A stretch of 64,000 nt of DNA. It comes from an uncultured Chloroflexia bacterium (GTDB lineage: Bacteria; Chloroflexota; Limnocylindria; Limnocylindrales; CSP1-4). Each line of letters begins with the position of its first letter. Position 1 is the first letter of the stretch. Of the stretch, positions 9,025 to 19,846 are shown piece after piece. The position numbers were made by a program, and so were the translations under genes. Below the pieces are notes generated by a model. The model saw only the letters and a program-made list of their open reading frames with translations. It was not told the DNA's origin and made no database searches. The stretch spans positions 23,474 to 87,473 of the forward strand of contig CAVWSU010000004.1 in the NCBI GenBank assembly GCA_963757865.1, in the 5' to 3' direction.

Positions 9025-9189
9025 CCCCGCATCGTTCCTCCGCCTCGGGCGCTGCACGCGCGTCCCCCGTAAGCGCTAGAGGCAACCGGGCGCTCGAGCG
9101 AGCTGCTTGCGATCGCGCCCGCGTGATCGGCGGGCGTCTCCTCTGCCGGCGCAGGCGTGCCGGCTCCGGGTCAGGAGGGCGCCTCGGCG

Positions 9190-10095
9190 ATGATCCCAGC
9201 ACCGTTCGACTACGTTCGGCCGTCGGACATGCCCGACGCGCTCCGGATCCTGAAGGAGCGCGAGGGCGAGGCGAAGGTCCTCTCCGGAGGCTACAGCCTC
9301 ATACCCCTGCTGAAGCTGCGGCTCGCGCAGCCGCCGCTGCTCGTGGACATCGGCGGACTGGCCGGCATGGACGGCATCACGGAGACGGGCGACGAGCTCG
9401 TGATCGGAGCGCGCGCGACGCACCGCCGCATCTTCCAGGCCGAGGCCGTCGCGGCGCGCTACCCGCTGCTGCACGACGCGGCCGGCGGCATCGGGGACCC
9501 GCAGGTCCGCAACTGGGGGACGATCGGCGGCTCCTGCGCGCACGCGGATCCCTCGGCCGACTGGCCGGCCGTCCTCATCGCCTCGCGGGCGACGCTCGTA
9601 TGCCGCAGCCAGGACGGTGAACGCCGCATCGCGGCCCGCGAGTTCTTCCTGGACACGTTCGTCACCGCGATCGAGCCCACCGAGATCCTCACGGAGGTGC
9701 GGATCCCGCGGTCCGGAGAGCGGAGCGGCGGCGCGTACGAGAAGATCGAGCGCAAGGCCGGCGATTTCGCCACGGCGGCCTCCGCGGTGCAGCTGAGGCT
9801 GGGCGCGGACGGACGCATCGAGGACGTCGGGGTCGGGCTCACCGCCGTCGCCGAGACCGCCTTTGCCGCCACGGACGCGGAGCGGGTGCTGGCCGGTGCC
9901 ATGCCGTCGGACGCGCTGTTCCGGCAGGCAGGCGCCGCGGCGGCGGCACAGAGCAGGCCGTCGGCGGATGGGCACGGGCCGGTCGAGTACAAGCGCGCCA
10001 TGGCGGCCGAGATGACCGTCCGGGCCTTGCGCCGGGCGGTCGCCCGGGCGCTCGGTCAGGATGCGCACGGCCCAGTCGGACACGGCGCAGCGTAG
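9190..10095 (+). CDS. coxM: CO dehydrogenase medium (FAD-binding) subunit
   Basis: ATG 9190 preceded by caggaggg. [21 protein letters not shown] ... [17 protein letters not shown] ... [20 protein letters not shown] is the FAD-binding molybdopterin dehydrogenase fold. Sits in coxM-S-L order. Confidence 0.93.
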   Translation: MIPAPFDYVRPSDMPDALRILKEREGEAKVLSGGYSLIPLLKLRLAQPPLLVDIGGLAGMDGITETGDELVIGARATHRRIFQAEAVAARYPLLHDAAGGIGDPQVRNWGTIGGSCAHADPSADWPAVLIASRATLVCRSQDGERRIAAREFFLDTFVTAIEPTEILTEVRIPRSGERSGGAYEKIERKAGDFATAASAVQLRLGADGRIEDVGVGLTAVAETAFAATDAERVLAGAMPSDALFRQAGAAAAAQSRPSADGHGPVEYKRAMAAEMTVRALRRAVARALGQDAHGPVGHGAA

Positions 10096-10099
10096 GGGG

Positions 10100-10657
10100 A
10101 TGTCGTCGATGACCACGCAGCACGTGACCGTCACCGTCAACGGCACCGTCCGGGAGGCCGACGTCGAGCCGCGCCTCCTCCTCGTGCACCTGCTCAGGGA
10201 CGTCCTGGGCCTCACCGGCACCCACGTCGGATGCGACACGAGCCACTGCGGGGCGTGCACGGTCCTGCTCGACGGCGCCAGCGCCAAGAGCTGCACCGTC
10301 CTCGCCGTCCAGGCCAGCGGATCGGACATCACGACCATCGAGGGGATGGAGCGCTCCGGCGCGCTGCACCCGCTGCAGCAGGCGTTCTGGGATCAGCACG
10401 GGCTCCAGTGCGGCTTCTGCACGCCGGGCATGATCATGGAATCGGCCTGGCTCCTCTCGCAGAACCCCGACCCCACCGAGCACGAGATCCGCGAAGGGAT
10501 CAGCGGCAACCTCTGCCGTTGCACCGGCTACGTCAACATCGTGAAGGCCGTCCAGCAGGCGGCGGTCGAGCTGCGGGCGCGGTCGGCGGCCCCGGTCGAG
10601 ACGGAGCCGGCCATGGCGGACGCGGGCGGTGCGCAGGCCGCCGGAAGCGCGAGGTAG
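10100..10657 (+). CDS. coxS: CO dehydrogenase small ([2Fe-2S]) subunit
   Basis: Cys motifs [12 protein letters not shown] and [10 protein letters not shown] ... [11 protein letters not shown] lies 4 nt after the coxM stop. Confidence 0.95.
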   Translation: MSSMTTQHVTVTVNGTVREADVEPRLLLVHLLRDVLGLTGTHVGCDTSHCGACTVLLDGASAKSCTVLAVQASGSDITTIEGMERSGALHPLQQAFWDQHGLQCGFCTPGMIMESAWLLSQNPDPTEHEIREGISGNLCRCTGYVNIVKAVQQAAVELRARSAAPVETEPAMADAGGAQAAGSAR

Positions 10658-10661
10658 GGAG

Positions 10662-13055
10662 ATGGAGCACGCGCAGGCGCCCACCACCACCCCCGAAGTC
10701 GGAGGCATGGGGCACTCCCTCAAGCGCCGGGAGGACCCGCGCTTCATCCGCGGGAAGGGCGAGTACATCGACGACGTCGTCCTGCCCGGCATGCTCTGGC
10801 TCGACATCGTCCGGAGCCCGTACGCGCACGCCACCATCCGGGGGATCGACGCGTCCGAGGCCCTGAAGGTGCCGGGCGTCCTCGCCGTCATCACCGGCAA
10901 GGACCTCGAGGCCGCGGGGCTCCACTGGATGCCGACGCTCGCGGGCGACCAGCAGATGGTGCTGCCCGTCGACACGGTCATGTACCAGGCCCAGGAGGTC
11001 GCCGCCGTCGTCGCCGAGTCGCGCTATGCCGCGGCCGACGGGGCCGCAGCCGTCCTGGTCGACTACGAGCCGCTCCCGGTGGTGATCGACCCGTTCAAGG
11101 CCATGGACCCGGCGTCCCCGGTGCTCCGGCCGGACCGGGGCCCCGACAAGCAGACCAACCACATCTGGCACTGGGAATCGGGCGACCGGGCGGGCACCGA
11201 CCAGGCGCTGTCGGACGCCGAGGTCGTCGTCAGCGAGGACATCTACATCCCGCGCATCCACGTGGCGTCGATCGAGACGTGCGGCTGCATCGCCGACTGG
11301 GATCCGGTGCGCGAGCACCTGACCGTCCACATGACGACGCAGGCGCCGCACGCCATCCGCACCGTCTTCAGCCTGGTCTCGAAGATCCCCGAGCACAAGA
11401 TCCGGATCAAGACGCACGACATCGGCGGCGGGTTCGGCGGAAAGGTCCCCGTCTACCCCGGGTACGTCCTGGCCGTCGTGGCGTCCCTCACGACCGGGCA
11501 CCCCGTCAAGTGGATCGAGGACCGCTCGGAGAACCTGCAGGCCGACTCGTTCGCCCGCGACTACCACGTGCACGCGGAACTGGCGGCGACGAAGGACGGC
11601 AGGCTCACGGGCCTGCGGGTGAAGACCCTCGCCGACCACGGCTACACCGACGCGGCGGCCGATCCGTCGCGCTTCCCCGCGGGCCTCTTCAACGTGATCA
11701 CCGGGTCGTACGACCTGCCGACGGCGTTCGTCGAGGTCGACGGCGTCTACACCAACAAGCCGCCGGGAGGCGTCGCGTACCGCTGCTCGTTCCGGGTGAC
11801 GGAGGCCGTGCACTCGATCGAGCGGATGGTGGACATCGCGGCACACGAGCTGGGCATCGACCCGGCCGAGATGCGGATGCGCAACTTCATCCAGCCCGAC
11901 CAGTTCCCGTACCTGTCGGCGACCGGCTGGGAGTACGACTCCGGCAACTACCCGGCGGCCCTGCGACGGGCGATGGAGATCATCGACTACGACGGGCTCC
12001 GGCGGGAGCAGGCCGAGAAGCGCGCCCGCGGCGAGCTGATGGGCATCGGGATCAGCAGCTTCACCGAGATCGTGGGCGCGGGTCCGTCGCACACGTTCGA
12101 CATCCTGGGAATCAAGATGTTCGATTCGTGCGAGATCCGGGTCCATCCCACGGGCTCGGCGATCGCGCGCCTCGGCGTGCAGTCGCAGGGCCAGGGCCAC
12201 GAGACGACCTTCGCCCAGATCATCGCCGAGGAACTGGGCATTCCCGCGAAGGACATCACGATCGAGGAGGGCGACACCGACACGGCGCCCTACGGCCTCG
12301 GGACGTACGCCAGTCGCTCGACGCCGACGGCCGGCGCCGCGACCGCCATGGCCGCCCGCAAGCTCCGGGAGAAGGCCCGGCTCATCGCCGCGCACCTGCT
12401 CGAGGCGAACCCCGACGACCTCGAGTGGACGAACGGCAAGTGGAGCGTGAAGGGCTCGCCAGATCGCTTCAAGACGATCCAGGAGATCGCCTTCGCCGCC
12501 TATACGAACCACCCCCAGGGGATGGAGGCCGGCTTCGAGGCGGTCGACTACTACGACCCGCCGAACCTGACCTTCCCCTTCGGAAGCTACATCTGCGTGG
12601 TCGACATCGACAGGGGGACGGGCCAGGTCAAGATCCGGCGCTTCGTGGCGGTGGACGACTGCGGCAACATCATCAACCCGATGATCGTGGACGGCCAGAT
12701 CCACGGCGGCCTCACGATGGGGCTGGCGCCGTCGCTGTACGAGGCCATCGAGTACGACGAGAACGGCAACAACCTTGCCGGGACGTTCCTCGACTACCTC
12801 GTGCCGACCGCGCTCGAGACGCCGAGCTGGGAGACGGACAAGACGGTCACCCCGTCGCCGCACCACCCGATCGGCGCGAAGGGCGTGGGTGAATCCGCGA
12901 CGGTCGGCGCGCCGCCGGCGATCGCCAACGCGGTCGTGGACGCGCTCTGGCACCTGGGCGTGCGCCACGTGGACATCCCGATCACCCCGCAGCGCGTCTG
13001 GGCGATCCTGCAGCGTGCCGAAGGGCAGGCCGCGGACAAGGGGGTGACGGCATAG
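10662..13055 (+). CDS. coxL: Form I CO dehydrogenase large (Mo-Cu, molybdopterin cytosine dinucleotide) subunit
   Basis: 797 aa, RBS gaggtaggga. The active-site loop [14 protein letters not shown] (AYRCSFR at 11775-11795) is the form I signature, as opposed to AYRGAGR of form II. Confidence 0.95.
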   Translation: MEHAQAPTTTPEVGGMGHSLKRREDPRFIRGKGEYIDDVVLPGMLWLDIVRSPYAHATIRGIDASEALKVPGVLAVITGKDLEAAGLHWMPTLAGDQQMVLPVDTVMYQAQEVAAVVAESRYAAADGAAAVLVDYEPLPVVIDPFKAMDPASPVLRPDRGPDKQTNHIWHWESGDRAGTDQALSDAEVVVSEDIYIPRIHVASIETCGCIADWDPVREHLTVHMTTQAPHAIRTVFSLVSKIPEHKIRIKTHDIGGGFGGKVPVYPGYVLAVVASLTTGHPVKWIEDRSENLQADSFARDYHVHAELAATKDGRLTGLRVKTLADHGYTDAAADPSRFPAGLFNVITGSYDLPTAFVEVDGVYTNKPPGGVAYRCSFRVTEAVHSIERMVDIAAHELGIDPAEMRMRNFIQPDQFPYLSATGWEYDSGNYPAALRRAMEIIDYDGLRREQAEKRARGELMGIGISSFTEIVGAGPSHTFDILGIKMFDSCEIRVHPTGSAIARLGVQSQGQGHETTFAQIIAEELGIPAKDITIEEGDTDTAPYGLGTYASRSTPTAGAATAMAARKLREKARLIAAHLLEANPDDLEWTNGKWSVKGSPDRFKTIQEIAFAAYTNHPQGMEAGFEAVDYYDPPNLTFPFGSYICVVDIDRGTGQVKIRRFVAVDDCGNIINPMIVDGQIHGGLTMGLAPSLYEAIEYDENGNNLAGTFLDYLVPTALETPSWETDKTVTPSPHHPIGAKGVGESATVGAPPAIANAVVDALWHLGVRHVDIPITPQRVWAILQRAEGQAADKGVTA

Positions 13056-13156
13056 GCCTCTCTCCCGGAGCCGTCGCGCACCCGGCGGCGCTGCTCGCCC
13101 GCGCCGCCGAGCTCGCCGCCGCGGAGCGGCCGTTCGCGCTGGCGACGGTCGTCGCG

Positions 13157-14240
13157 GTGCGTCGCCCGACGTCGGCGAAGCCGGGAGCGCACGGCATCAT
13201 CCATCCGGACCGGACGATCGAGGGCTGGGTCGGCGGAAGCTGTGCCCAGCCCATCGTCGTCCGAGAGGCGCTCCGCTCGCTCGAGGACGGCCAGCCGCGC
13301 CTGCTGCGCCTGTCCCCGGAGGGCACGTCCGAGGGTCAGCGGGCCGACGGCGTGCTCGAGTTCGTCATGACGTGCCACTCCAGGGGGACCCTCGAGGTGT
13401 ACGTCGAGCCGCATCTGCCGAGGCCGGCGCTGTGGGTGGCGGGAACAACGCCGATCGCGGCGGCACTCGTGGAGCTCGGCGCGTCCGCGGGATACCGGGT
13501 GACGCTCGTGGACCGCGCCGCCGCCGCGGATCCCGGAGCGTTCCCCGCCGCCGACCGGGTGCTGGGGGAGATCGACCTGGCCGATCTGGACCCGGACGTC
13601 ACGCCGTCCATCGTGGTTGCGACGCAGGGCCAGTGGGACGAGGACGCGCTGGATCGGGCGCTGCGTCGGGACCGCGTGGGATACGTGGGACTGATCGCGT
13701 CGCCCCTGCGGGCCGAGGCCGTCCGCGACTACCTCCGCGACGTCGGGATCCCCGAGGAACGGCTCGTGGCCCTGCACGCGCCCGCGGGGCTCGACCTGGG
13801 GGCGGAGACACCCGAGGAGGTCGCGCTGTCGATCCTCGCGGAGCTGGTGCAGCTGCGCCGGCAGGGCAGGGCGGCGAACGCAGCGACCGCGGCCGGCCCG
13901 TCCGCGCATCCGGGCCCGGTGCCCATCGCGATGGTCGCCGTCCCACGCGGCGTGGCCGCGGAAGGCCCGGGCGTGCGGGTTGCCGGCCCCGCGCCCGACG
14001 GCCCGGCCCGCCAGGAGCCCGTGCCGGATCCGGCAACACTCCGTGCGGCGGCGCCCGACATGGTGCTCGTCGATCCCGTCTGCGGCATGACCGTGGACCC
14101 CGCGGACGTCCGTCACACGGCCGAGCACGACGGAATCGACCTATGCCTTCTGCTGCGCGCCGTGCCGCCGGCAGTTCACGAAGAACCCCGACGCGTTCCT
14201 TGCCGAGGCGCTCGCGGCCGAGGCAGCCACGCCGGCCTGA
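13157..14240 (+). CDS. XdhC-like maturation protein fused to a C-terminal YHS/TRASH metal-binding domain; +1 frameshift at 14135 and unresolved start
   Basis: XdhC motifs WVGGSCAQP and PALWVAGTTPIAAALVELG ... APAGLDLGAETPEEVALSILAE. The tail reads DPVCGMTVDPADVRHTAEHDG in frame 2. Dropping one A of GGAA (14132-14135) continues it as STYAFCCAPCRRQFTKNPDAFL in frame 3, with stop at 14238-14240. XdhC N-terminal homology (AALLARAAELAAAERPFALATVV) extends upstream to about 13058, where frame 2 has no ATG/GTG/TTG. Confidence 0.75.
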
Positions 14241-14265
14241 CCGGCCACCGCTCGAGAGGAGACAC

Positions 14266-14727
14266 ATGCACTTTTCCGGCACCGTCGAGATCAGGGCTCC
14301 CCGGGACCGCGTGTGGGCGTTCGTGATCGACCCCGACCAGGTGGGCGGATGCGGCCCGGGCGTGGAGAGCATCGAGGTGACCGACGAGACGCACTTCCGT
14401 GCGCGCGCCAAGGTCGGCGTCGGCTTCATCAGCGCCCGCTTCGTGGTCGATCTCGTGATGGTGGAGCGCCAGCCGCCGGACCGTGCCGTGATCCGTGCCC
14501 ACGGCCAGGCGCCCGGCAGCGCCGTGGATGCGACCGCGTCGATGACCCTGCGCGACGGCCCGGACGGCTCGACCGCGATGGACTGGGTGGCGGATGTCAC
14601 GATTGCCGGTACCATCGCGTCCGTGGGTGCACGGCTCATCGAGGGAACGGCGAACAGGATGATCGGCCAGACATTCGACTGCATGCGAACGAAACTCGAG
14701 GAGCCGGCGGCCCTCCCGGCCGGCTGA
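14266..14727 (+). CDS. coxG: CoxG / SRPBCC carbon monoxide dehydrogenase subunit G family protein
   Basis: ATG 14266 after gagaggagac. [37 protein letters not shown] ... [23 protein letters not shown] is a typical CoxG pattern. Confidence 0.9.
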   Translation: MHFSGTVEIRAPRDRVWAFVIDPDQVGGCGPGVESIEVTDETHFRARAKVGVGFISARFVVDLVMVERQPPDRAVIRAHGQAPGSAVDATASMTLRDGPDGSTAMDWVADVTIAGTIASVGARLIEGTANRMIGQTFDCMRTKLEEPAALPAG

Positions 14728-15792
14728 TGCCGCGACCCGGCGACCCTGCCTCCCCCGCGCCCGCTTCCGCCCTGGCGCCCGACGCGCTCGTCCGGGACCG
14801 GCTCGGACGGCGCCTGCACGACCTGCGCATCTCGGTCACCGACCGATGCAACTTCCGCTGCACGTACTGCATGCCGAAGGAGATCTTCGGGCGCGATTAC
14901 GCGTTCCTGCCGCGCGCCGAGATCCTCACGTTCGAGGAGATCGCCCGCCTCGCCCGCATCTTCGCGGGCCGCGGCGTGAGCAAGCTCCGCATCACCGGCG
15001 GCGAGCCGCTCGTGCGGCGCGACCTGCCCGACCTGGTGCGCCAGCTTGCCGCGATCGAGGGCATCGACGACATCGCGCTGACCACCAACGGTGCGCTCCT
15101 GCGAGCGCAGGCGCCCGCCCTGCGCGAGGCGGGCCTCCGGCGCGTCACCGTCAGCCTGGATTCCCTCGACGACGCGGTCTTCGGCGCCATGAACGGCGTC
15201 CAGTTCCCGGTCGCCCGCGTGCTCGACGGGATCCGGGCCGCGCAGGCCGCGGGCCTCAGCCCGGTCAAGGTCAACATGGTGGTCAAGCGCGGGGTCAACG
15301 AGGACAGCGTGCTGCCGATGGCGCGGCATGCCCGCGACAACGGCCTGGTCCTGCGGCTCATCGAGTACATGGACGTAGGGCAGTCCAACGGCTGGCGGCT
15401 CGAGGACGTGGTGCCCGCGTCGGAGCTGGTCGACACGATCGCCGTCGAGTTCCCGCTCGACGCCGTCCCGCCGTCGTACCCGGGCGAGGTCGCGACGCGC
15501 TGGCGGTACGCGGACGGGTCCGGGGAGATCGGCGTGATCAGCTCGGTCACGGAGCCGTTCTGCGGGGCCTGCACGCGCGCACGCATCTCCGCGAAGGGCG
15601 AGCTGTTCACGTGCCTGTTCGCGGCGTCCGGCCTGGACCTGCGGGCCCTCGTGCGCGGAGGCGCCTCCGACGACGAGATCGACGACGGCGATCGCGGGCC
15701 GGTGGCGCCGCCGGACGGACCGCTATTCGGAGCTGCGTTCGGCCGAGACGGTGGGGCTGCGGCGCGTCGAGATGTTCGCGATCGGGGGCTGA
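14727..15792 (+). CDS. moaA: GTP 3',8-cyclase MoaA (radical SAM), with a +1 frameshift at 15687
   Basis: ATG 14727 overlaps the coxG stop. Radical-SAM motif [10 protein letters not shown], plus [21 protein letters not shown]. After DDEIDD the given frame becomes junk and runs to 15977. Skipping G15687 gives [34 protein letters not shown], ending in the conserved C-terminal Gly-Gly, with stop at 15790-15792. Confidence 0.88.
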
Positions 15793-15863
15793 CCCGCCCC
15801 GCGGGCGGCACGTGCCCCCGGGGCCACGCCCTGCCGAGGCATCGCGCGCTCCGGCTGGCCGCG

Positions 15864-16639
15864 TCAGCGGGCGTCCGCTCCGCGATGAACGACTGGACCC
15901 GGCGCCAGGCATCGGCGGACTCCTCCGCGAACTCCTCGGCCTTGCGGTCGAAGAAGCTGTGCGGCGCGTCCGGGTAGGCGTGGAGCTCGTGCGGCACGCC
16001 GCTCGCCGTGAGCGCGGCGTCGAACTGCTCGATCGACGCGGCGGGAATGCTCGGGTCCGCGCCGCCGAACAGTCCGAGGATCGCGCCCGTCATGTCGCCC
16101 GCCACGTCGGCCGGGGCCGGCGAATTGCCGAACCGGTGCGGACCCACCGGCACGCCGTAGAACCCGATGGAGCCGGCAAAGCGCGGCCGCTTCCACGTCG
16201 CGGTGAGGAACGACAGCCGGCCGCCGTAGCAGAAGCCGATCGAGAAGAGCGAACGGCCGGGCGCGGCCGCGTCGAGGTGAGCGGCTCCGGCAGAGATGTC
16301 GGCCGACAGGTGCTCCCAGCGCGTCTGCTGCAGGTGCTCCATGTAGGCGAAGTCGTCCGGCCGGGTGCCCGTGCCGGCCGTCCGCGCGAAGTAGTCGATC
16401 GCCAGCGCGTCGACCCCGGCCTCCGCGAAACGCAGCGCGAGCTCCTCGTAGTAGGCGTGGAGGCCGCGCGCGTCGGGCAGGATCAGGATCGCCGCCGCGG
16501 CCGCCGCTCCGGGTCCGGCATGGGCCTCGAACGCCCTGACGGGCGTGCCGTCCGTCGAGGTGAGCTCGAAGGACCGGTGGTTCGTGGAACCCCCGGCCAT
16601 CGGAGGGATCGGCGGTCGGTCGTGCGGGTCGAAGCACAT
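15864..16639 (-). CDS. Dienelactone hydrolase family protein; no in-frame stop at the expected C-terminus
   Basis: [35 protein letters not shown], nucleophile elbow GFCYGG, then [12 protein letters not shown]. Homology ends near SFIAERTPA (about 15870). The frame stays open to 14897, fully antisense to moaA. A TGA at 15864-15866 lies in the adjacent frame. Confidence 0.7.
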
Positions 16640-16668
16640 GCGGGACGCTCCTCGCGGTTGTCGCCGGG

Positions 16669-18231
16669 TCAGTGGCAGGTGAGGCCGGCCCGGGGCACGG
16701 TCAGGTCGATGAGGTAATCATCCACCGCGGACGCGACGCACGTGCTCACGAGGTATCCGGTGTGGCCCTCGCCGACGCGCGTGACCAGCACCGACGAGCT
16801 CAGCTGCCGCGCCACGTCCTGGGCCCATGCGTACGGGGTGGCGGGATCTCCCGTCGAACCGACGAGCACGATGGGTGGCGCCCCGGGCGCGCTCACGGGA
16901 GCCGGCGTGCGCACCGGCGGCGTCGGCCAGTACGCGCACTGCACGTCGTTGAACGCCAGCAGGCGGCCGACACGTGGCGCCACGCGGGTGAACGTCGCGG
17001 CCATCGCGCTGTACGCGGCCGGGTCGCGCGGGGCGGCCCAGTCGATGCACGTGACGGCGTAGTAGGCGTCGATCAGGTTGGAGTACGAGCCGTCGGGGTT
17101 GCGGCCGCGCAGCGGGTCGCCCATGAGGAGCATGAGGCTCCCGTCGCCCGAGCGCGCCATGGCCAGTGCCTCCGCCAGGACCGGCCATGCGGCGGTGGCG
17201 TAGAGCGCCTGCGTCACCGCTTCCCACGCCTGGGTCGGGCCCACCGGCTCCCGGTTGCCGAGACGGGTGGTCGGGATCGGGTGCAGGTCGATGCGCCGCA
17301 TGAGCGTGTCGAAGGCCGCCGCCGGCTTCCCGGCCGAGTAGAACGCGCATGAAGGACGGGCGGCGCAGTCCGCGAGGAACGCGTCCAGCACCGACTCGAA
17401 CGATTTCGCCTGGTCCTCCCGGAACGTCTCCTCGTCCAGGGTCGGGTCGACGACGCCGTCGAGCGTCATGGCCCGGATCCGCGTCGGGAACAGGGACGCA
17501 TAGTCCTCGCCGATCAGCGTGCCGTACGAGAAGCCGATGTAGGTCAGCTTCCGGTCGCCGAGCGCCTGGCGGATCTGGTCGAGGTCACGGGCCACGTCCA
17601 TCGTCCCCAGGTGGGGGAGGAGGTCGGCGTTGCGCTGGCCGCACTCCGTCGCGAACGTCCGCGCGCCCGCGAGCAGGTCCGAGAGCTCGGCGGGTGTGTC
17701 GGCGGTCGAGTCGGTGGGAATGAAGTGGTCGAGGTTGTCGACGCACCGGATGGGCGTGCTCGAGCCGACGCCACGGGGATCGAACCCGACGATGTCGAAT
17801 CGGGCCCGGATGGCCGCCGGGAAGGCGGTCGCCGCCCCCTGCCGGACGAAATCGACGCCGCTCTCGCCGGGTCCGCCGGGATTGACCACGAGCGAGCCGA
17901 TGCGCTGCGCAGGATCGGTCGCCGGCAGGCGGATGAGTGCCAGCCGGACGGTCGGGCCGAGGGGATCGGCGTAGTCGCGCGGAACGTCGACGATCCCGCA
18001 CTCGAACCCGCCGCCACAGTCGTTCCAGCTGATCGGCGGCTGGGGCGCAAGCGTCGGGGCGGGCACGGGCGTGGCGATGGCCGTGGCCTGCGCCACGGGC
18101 TGAACCGATGGTGCGACTCCGGGGGTGGCGGTGGGCCGCGCGCTCGTCCCGCACGCGGCCGCGAGCAGGGAAGCCGCCAGCGCCAGCGAGAGCAGCCTCG
18201 GGCGGGGCGCGGCCGCGCCGTCGCGTGACAT
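16669..18231 (-). CDS. Secreted lipoprotein alpha/beta hydrolase, tripeptidyl-aminopeptidase (TAP)-like
   Basis: ORF trimmed to ATG 18231. Signal peptide plus lipobox LLAAACG. Motifs NPGGPGESG and nucleophile GFSYGT. C-terminal TAP-like block VGSTGDPATPYAWA ... EGHTGY. Confidence 0.88.
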   Translation of the reverse strand: MSRDGAAAPRPRLLSLALAASLLAAACGTSARPTATPGVAPSVQPVAQATAIATPVPAPTLAPQPPISWNDCGGGFECGIVDVPRDYADPLGPTVRLALIRLPATDPAQRIGSLVVNPGGPGESGVDFVRQGAATAFPAAIRARFDIVGFDPRGVGSSTPIRCVDNLDHFIPTDSTADTPAELSDLLAGARTFATECGQRNADLLPHLGTMDVARDLDQIRQALGDRKLTYIGFSYGTLIGEDYASLFPTRIRAMTLDGVVDPTLDEETFREDQAKSFESVLDAFLADCAARPSCAFYSAGKPAAAFDTLMRRIDLHPIPTTRLGNREPVGPTQAWEAVTQALYATAAWPVLAEALAMARSGDGSLMLLMGDPLRGRNPDGSYSNLIDAYYAVTCIDWAAPRDPAAYSAMAATFTRVAPRVGRLLAFNDVQCAYWPTPPVRTPAPVSAPGAPPIVLVGSTGDPATPYAWAQDVARQLSSSVLVTRVGEGHTGYLVSTCVASAVDDYLIDLTVPRAGLTCH

Positions 18232-18323
18232 GACGCGACTGTACGGGATCGCGATCGTGCCGGGAACAGGGCAGCTCCGATTCAGCGCGGCCGGGTCGTG
18301 GGTCCGATGAGGGTCGTTCGGCG

Positions 18324-18629
18324 TCAGTCGAGGCCGTAGTCGACGATCCGATGGAGCCGGTCGATCTTCGCGGCCGTCGACCTCGGCGACTCCCGGAGCG
18401 TCGCCCTCAGTTCCTGGTCGAGCGTGGCGAGGGCCGCGTCGGTGGAGGCCTCGAGCGCCCGGTCGATGCCGTCCGCCAGCAGCTCGCGCTCCAGGGGCGA
18501 GAGGCCGTCGGGACCCGTCGGTCCGACGAAGTCGAACACGGCGTCGAGAAGCGCGTCGCGGATCCGTCGTCGAGTGCCGGACTCGAGCCCGCGTGCGACG
18601 GTGACGGGTCTGGCGGCGATCATCTCCAT
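18324..18629 (-). CDS. Hypothetical protein (about 100 aa)
   Basis: The frame has high third-position GC and balanced composition (MEMIAARPVTVARGLESGTRRRIRDALLDAVFDF ... KIDRLHRIVDYGLD). No family recognised. Start chosen at the first internal ATG. Confidence 0.4.
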   Translation of the reverse strand: MEMIAARPVTVARGLESGTRRRIRDALLDAVFDFVGPTGPDGLSPLERELLADGIDRALEASTDAALATLDQELRATLRESPRSTAAKIDRLHRIVDYGLD

Positions 18630-18844
18630 CACGGCCTCCGTGGTCGCGGCCGCCGCGGGCAACGGCGGTGGAACCCCACCGAGCTGGGTGATGCGGCAAG
18701 GATCGGCTCGACGAGGATCCCGACACCGACGCCGATGCGTGCATGGTAGGCAGGGGACGTGCCCCGGCGCATAACGCCGCGCTTGCATATCCGTTGCATG
18801 TCGGCGAGTTGTCCACCGCCGGTTGGGCGCGGTAGGCTGCCCTG

Positions 18845-19621
18845 ATGGCGCACACGACGCTCCCGGAGCACGTCCGGCTCAACCGCGCGTACTGGGATTC
18901 GCACGCGGATGAGTGGGTCGGGCCGGGAGAGCGGAACTGGGCCCGCGCAGATCCATCGTGGGGGATCTGGGGCGCCCCCGAATCGGACCTCCACATGATC
19001 GACGACGTGGCCGGCCTCGATGCGATCGAGCTCGGGTGCGGGACGGCCTACGTGTCGGCGTGGCTGGCCCGCCGTGGCGCACGGCCGGTCGGGATCGACA
19101 ACTCGCCGAAGCAGCTCGAGACGGCGCGGCGGCTCCAGCAGGAGCACGGCCTGGAGTTCCCCCTGTACCTGGGCAACGCCGAGTCCGTACCGCTTCCCGA
19201 CGCCAGCTTCGACCTCGCGATCTCCGAGTACGGCGCGTCCATCTGGGCGGACCCGTACGCCTGGATCCCCGAGGCCGCCCGCCTCCTCCGACCGGGTGGC
19301 CGGCTGGTGTTCCTGGTGAACGCGCACCTGTTCATGCTGTGCAGCCCCGACGCCGACGACGAGCCGGCGACCGAGCGCCTGTTGCGCCCGCAGTTCGCGT
19401 CGCGCCGGTTCGAGTGGCCGGATGGGCTGTCGGTCGAGTTCCACCTGCCTCACGGCGAGATGATCCGCGTGCTCCGGGCCGGCGGATTCGACATCGAGGA
19501 CCTGATCGAGATCCAGGCGCCCGAGGATGCCACGACCAGGTTTCCGTGGGTGACCCCGGAGTGGGCGCGCAGATGGCCGAGCGAAGAGGTCTGGAAGGCG
19601 CGGCTGACCCGCCCCCGATAG
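18845..19621 (+). CDS. Class I SAM-dependent methyltransferase
   Basis: Motif I AIELGCGTAYVSAWLARRG, then VGIDNSPKQL, FDLAISEYG and LLRPGGRLVF. Confidence 0.88.
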   Translation: MAHTTLPEHVRLNRAYWDSHADEWVGPGERNWARADPSWGIWGAPESDLHMIDDVAGLDAIELGCGTAYVSAWLARRGARPVGIDNSPKQLETARRLQQEHGLEFPLYLGNAESVPLPDASFDLAISEYGASIWADPYAWIPEAARLLRPGGRLVFLVNAHLFMLCSPDADDEPATERLLRPQFASRRFEWPDGLSVEFHLPHGEMIRVLRAGGFDIEDLIEIQAPEDATTRFPWVTPEWARRWPSEEVWKARLTRPR

Positions 19622-19846
19622 AGCGCCCGGTCCCGCTCAGTACCTGTCGCGAGACCGGGCATCGTCTTCACCGCGGTAGCCGTGGGCCGAACGGCTTATT
19701 GAGGATCGAGCGAAACCGATCGATAGAGCGACGCAGGCGCGGCTGTTCGCGGACCCACGGCCCGGACGAGCGGGACATCCGGCCATGGTTCGGCCGCTCA
19801 CGGGAGTGCACGATCGTGCCGGCGTCCGCCCAGCCGGGGAGCACTC

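Noticed and set aside
8847-9189. Possible Moco riboswitch or leader RNA in the 343-bp gap upstream of coxM
   Set aside because: I could not recognise the conserved Moco-motif elements with any confidence by eye. Only a promoter-like hexamer pair is reported. A covariance-model scan (Rfam Moco_RNA_motif) would settle it.
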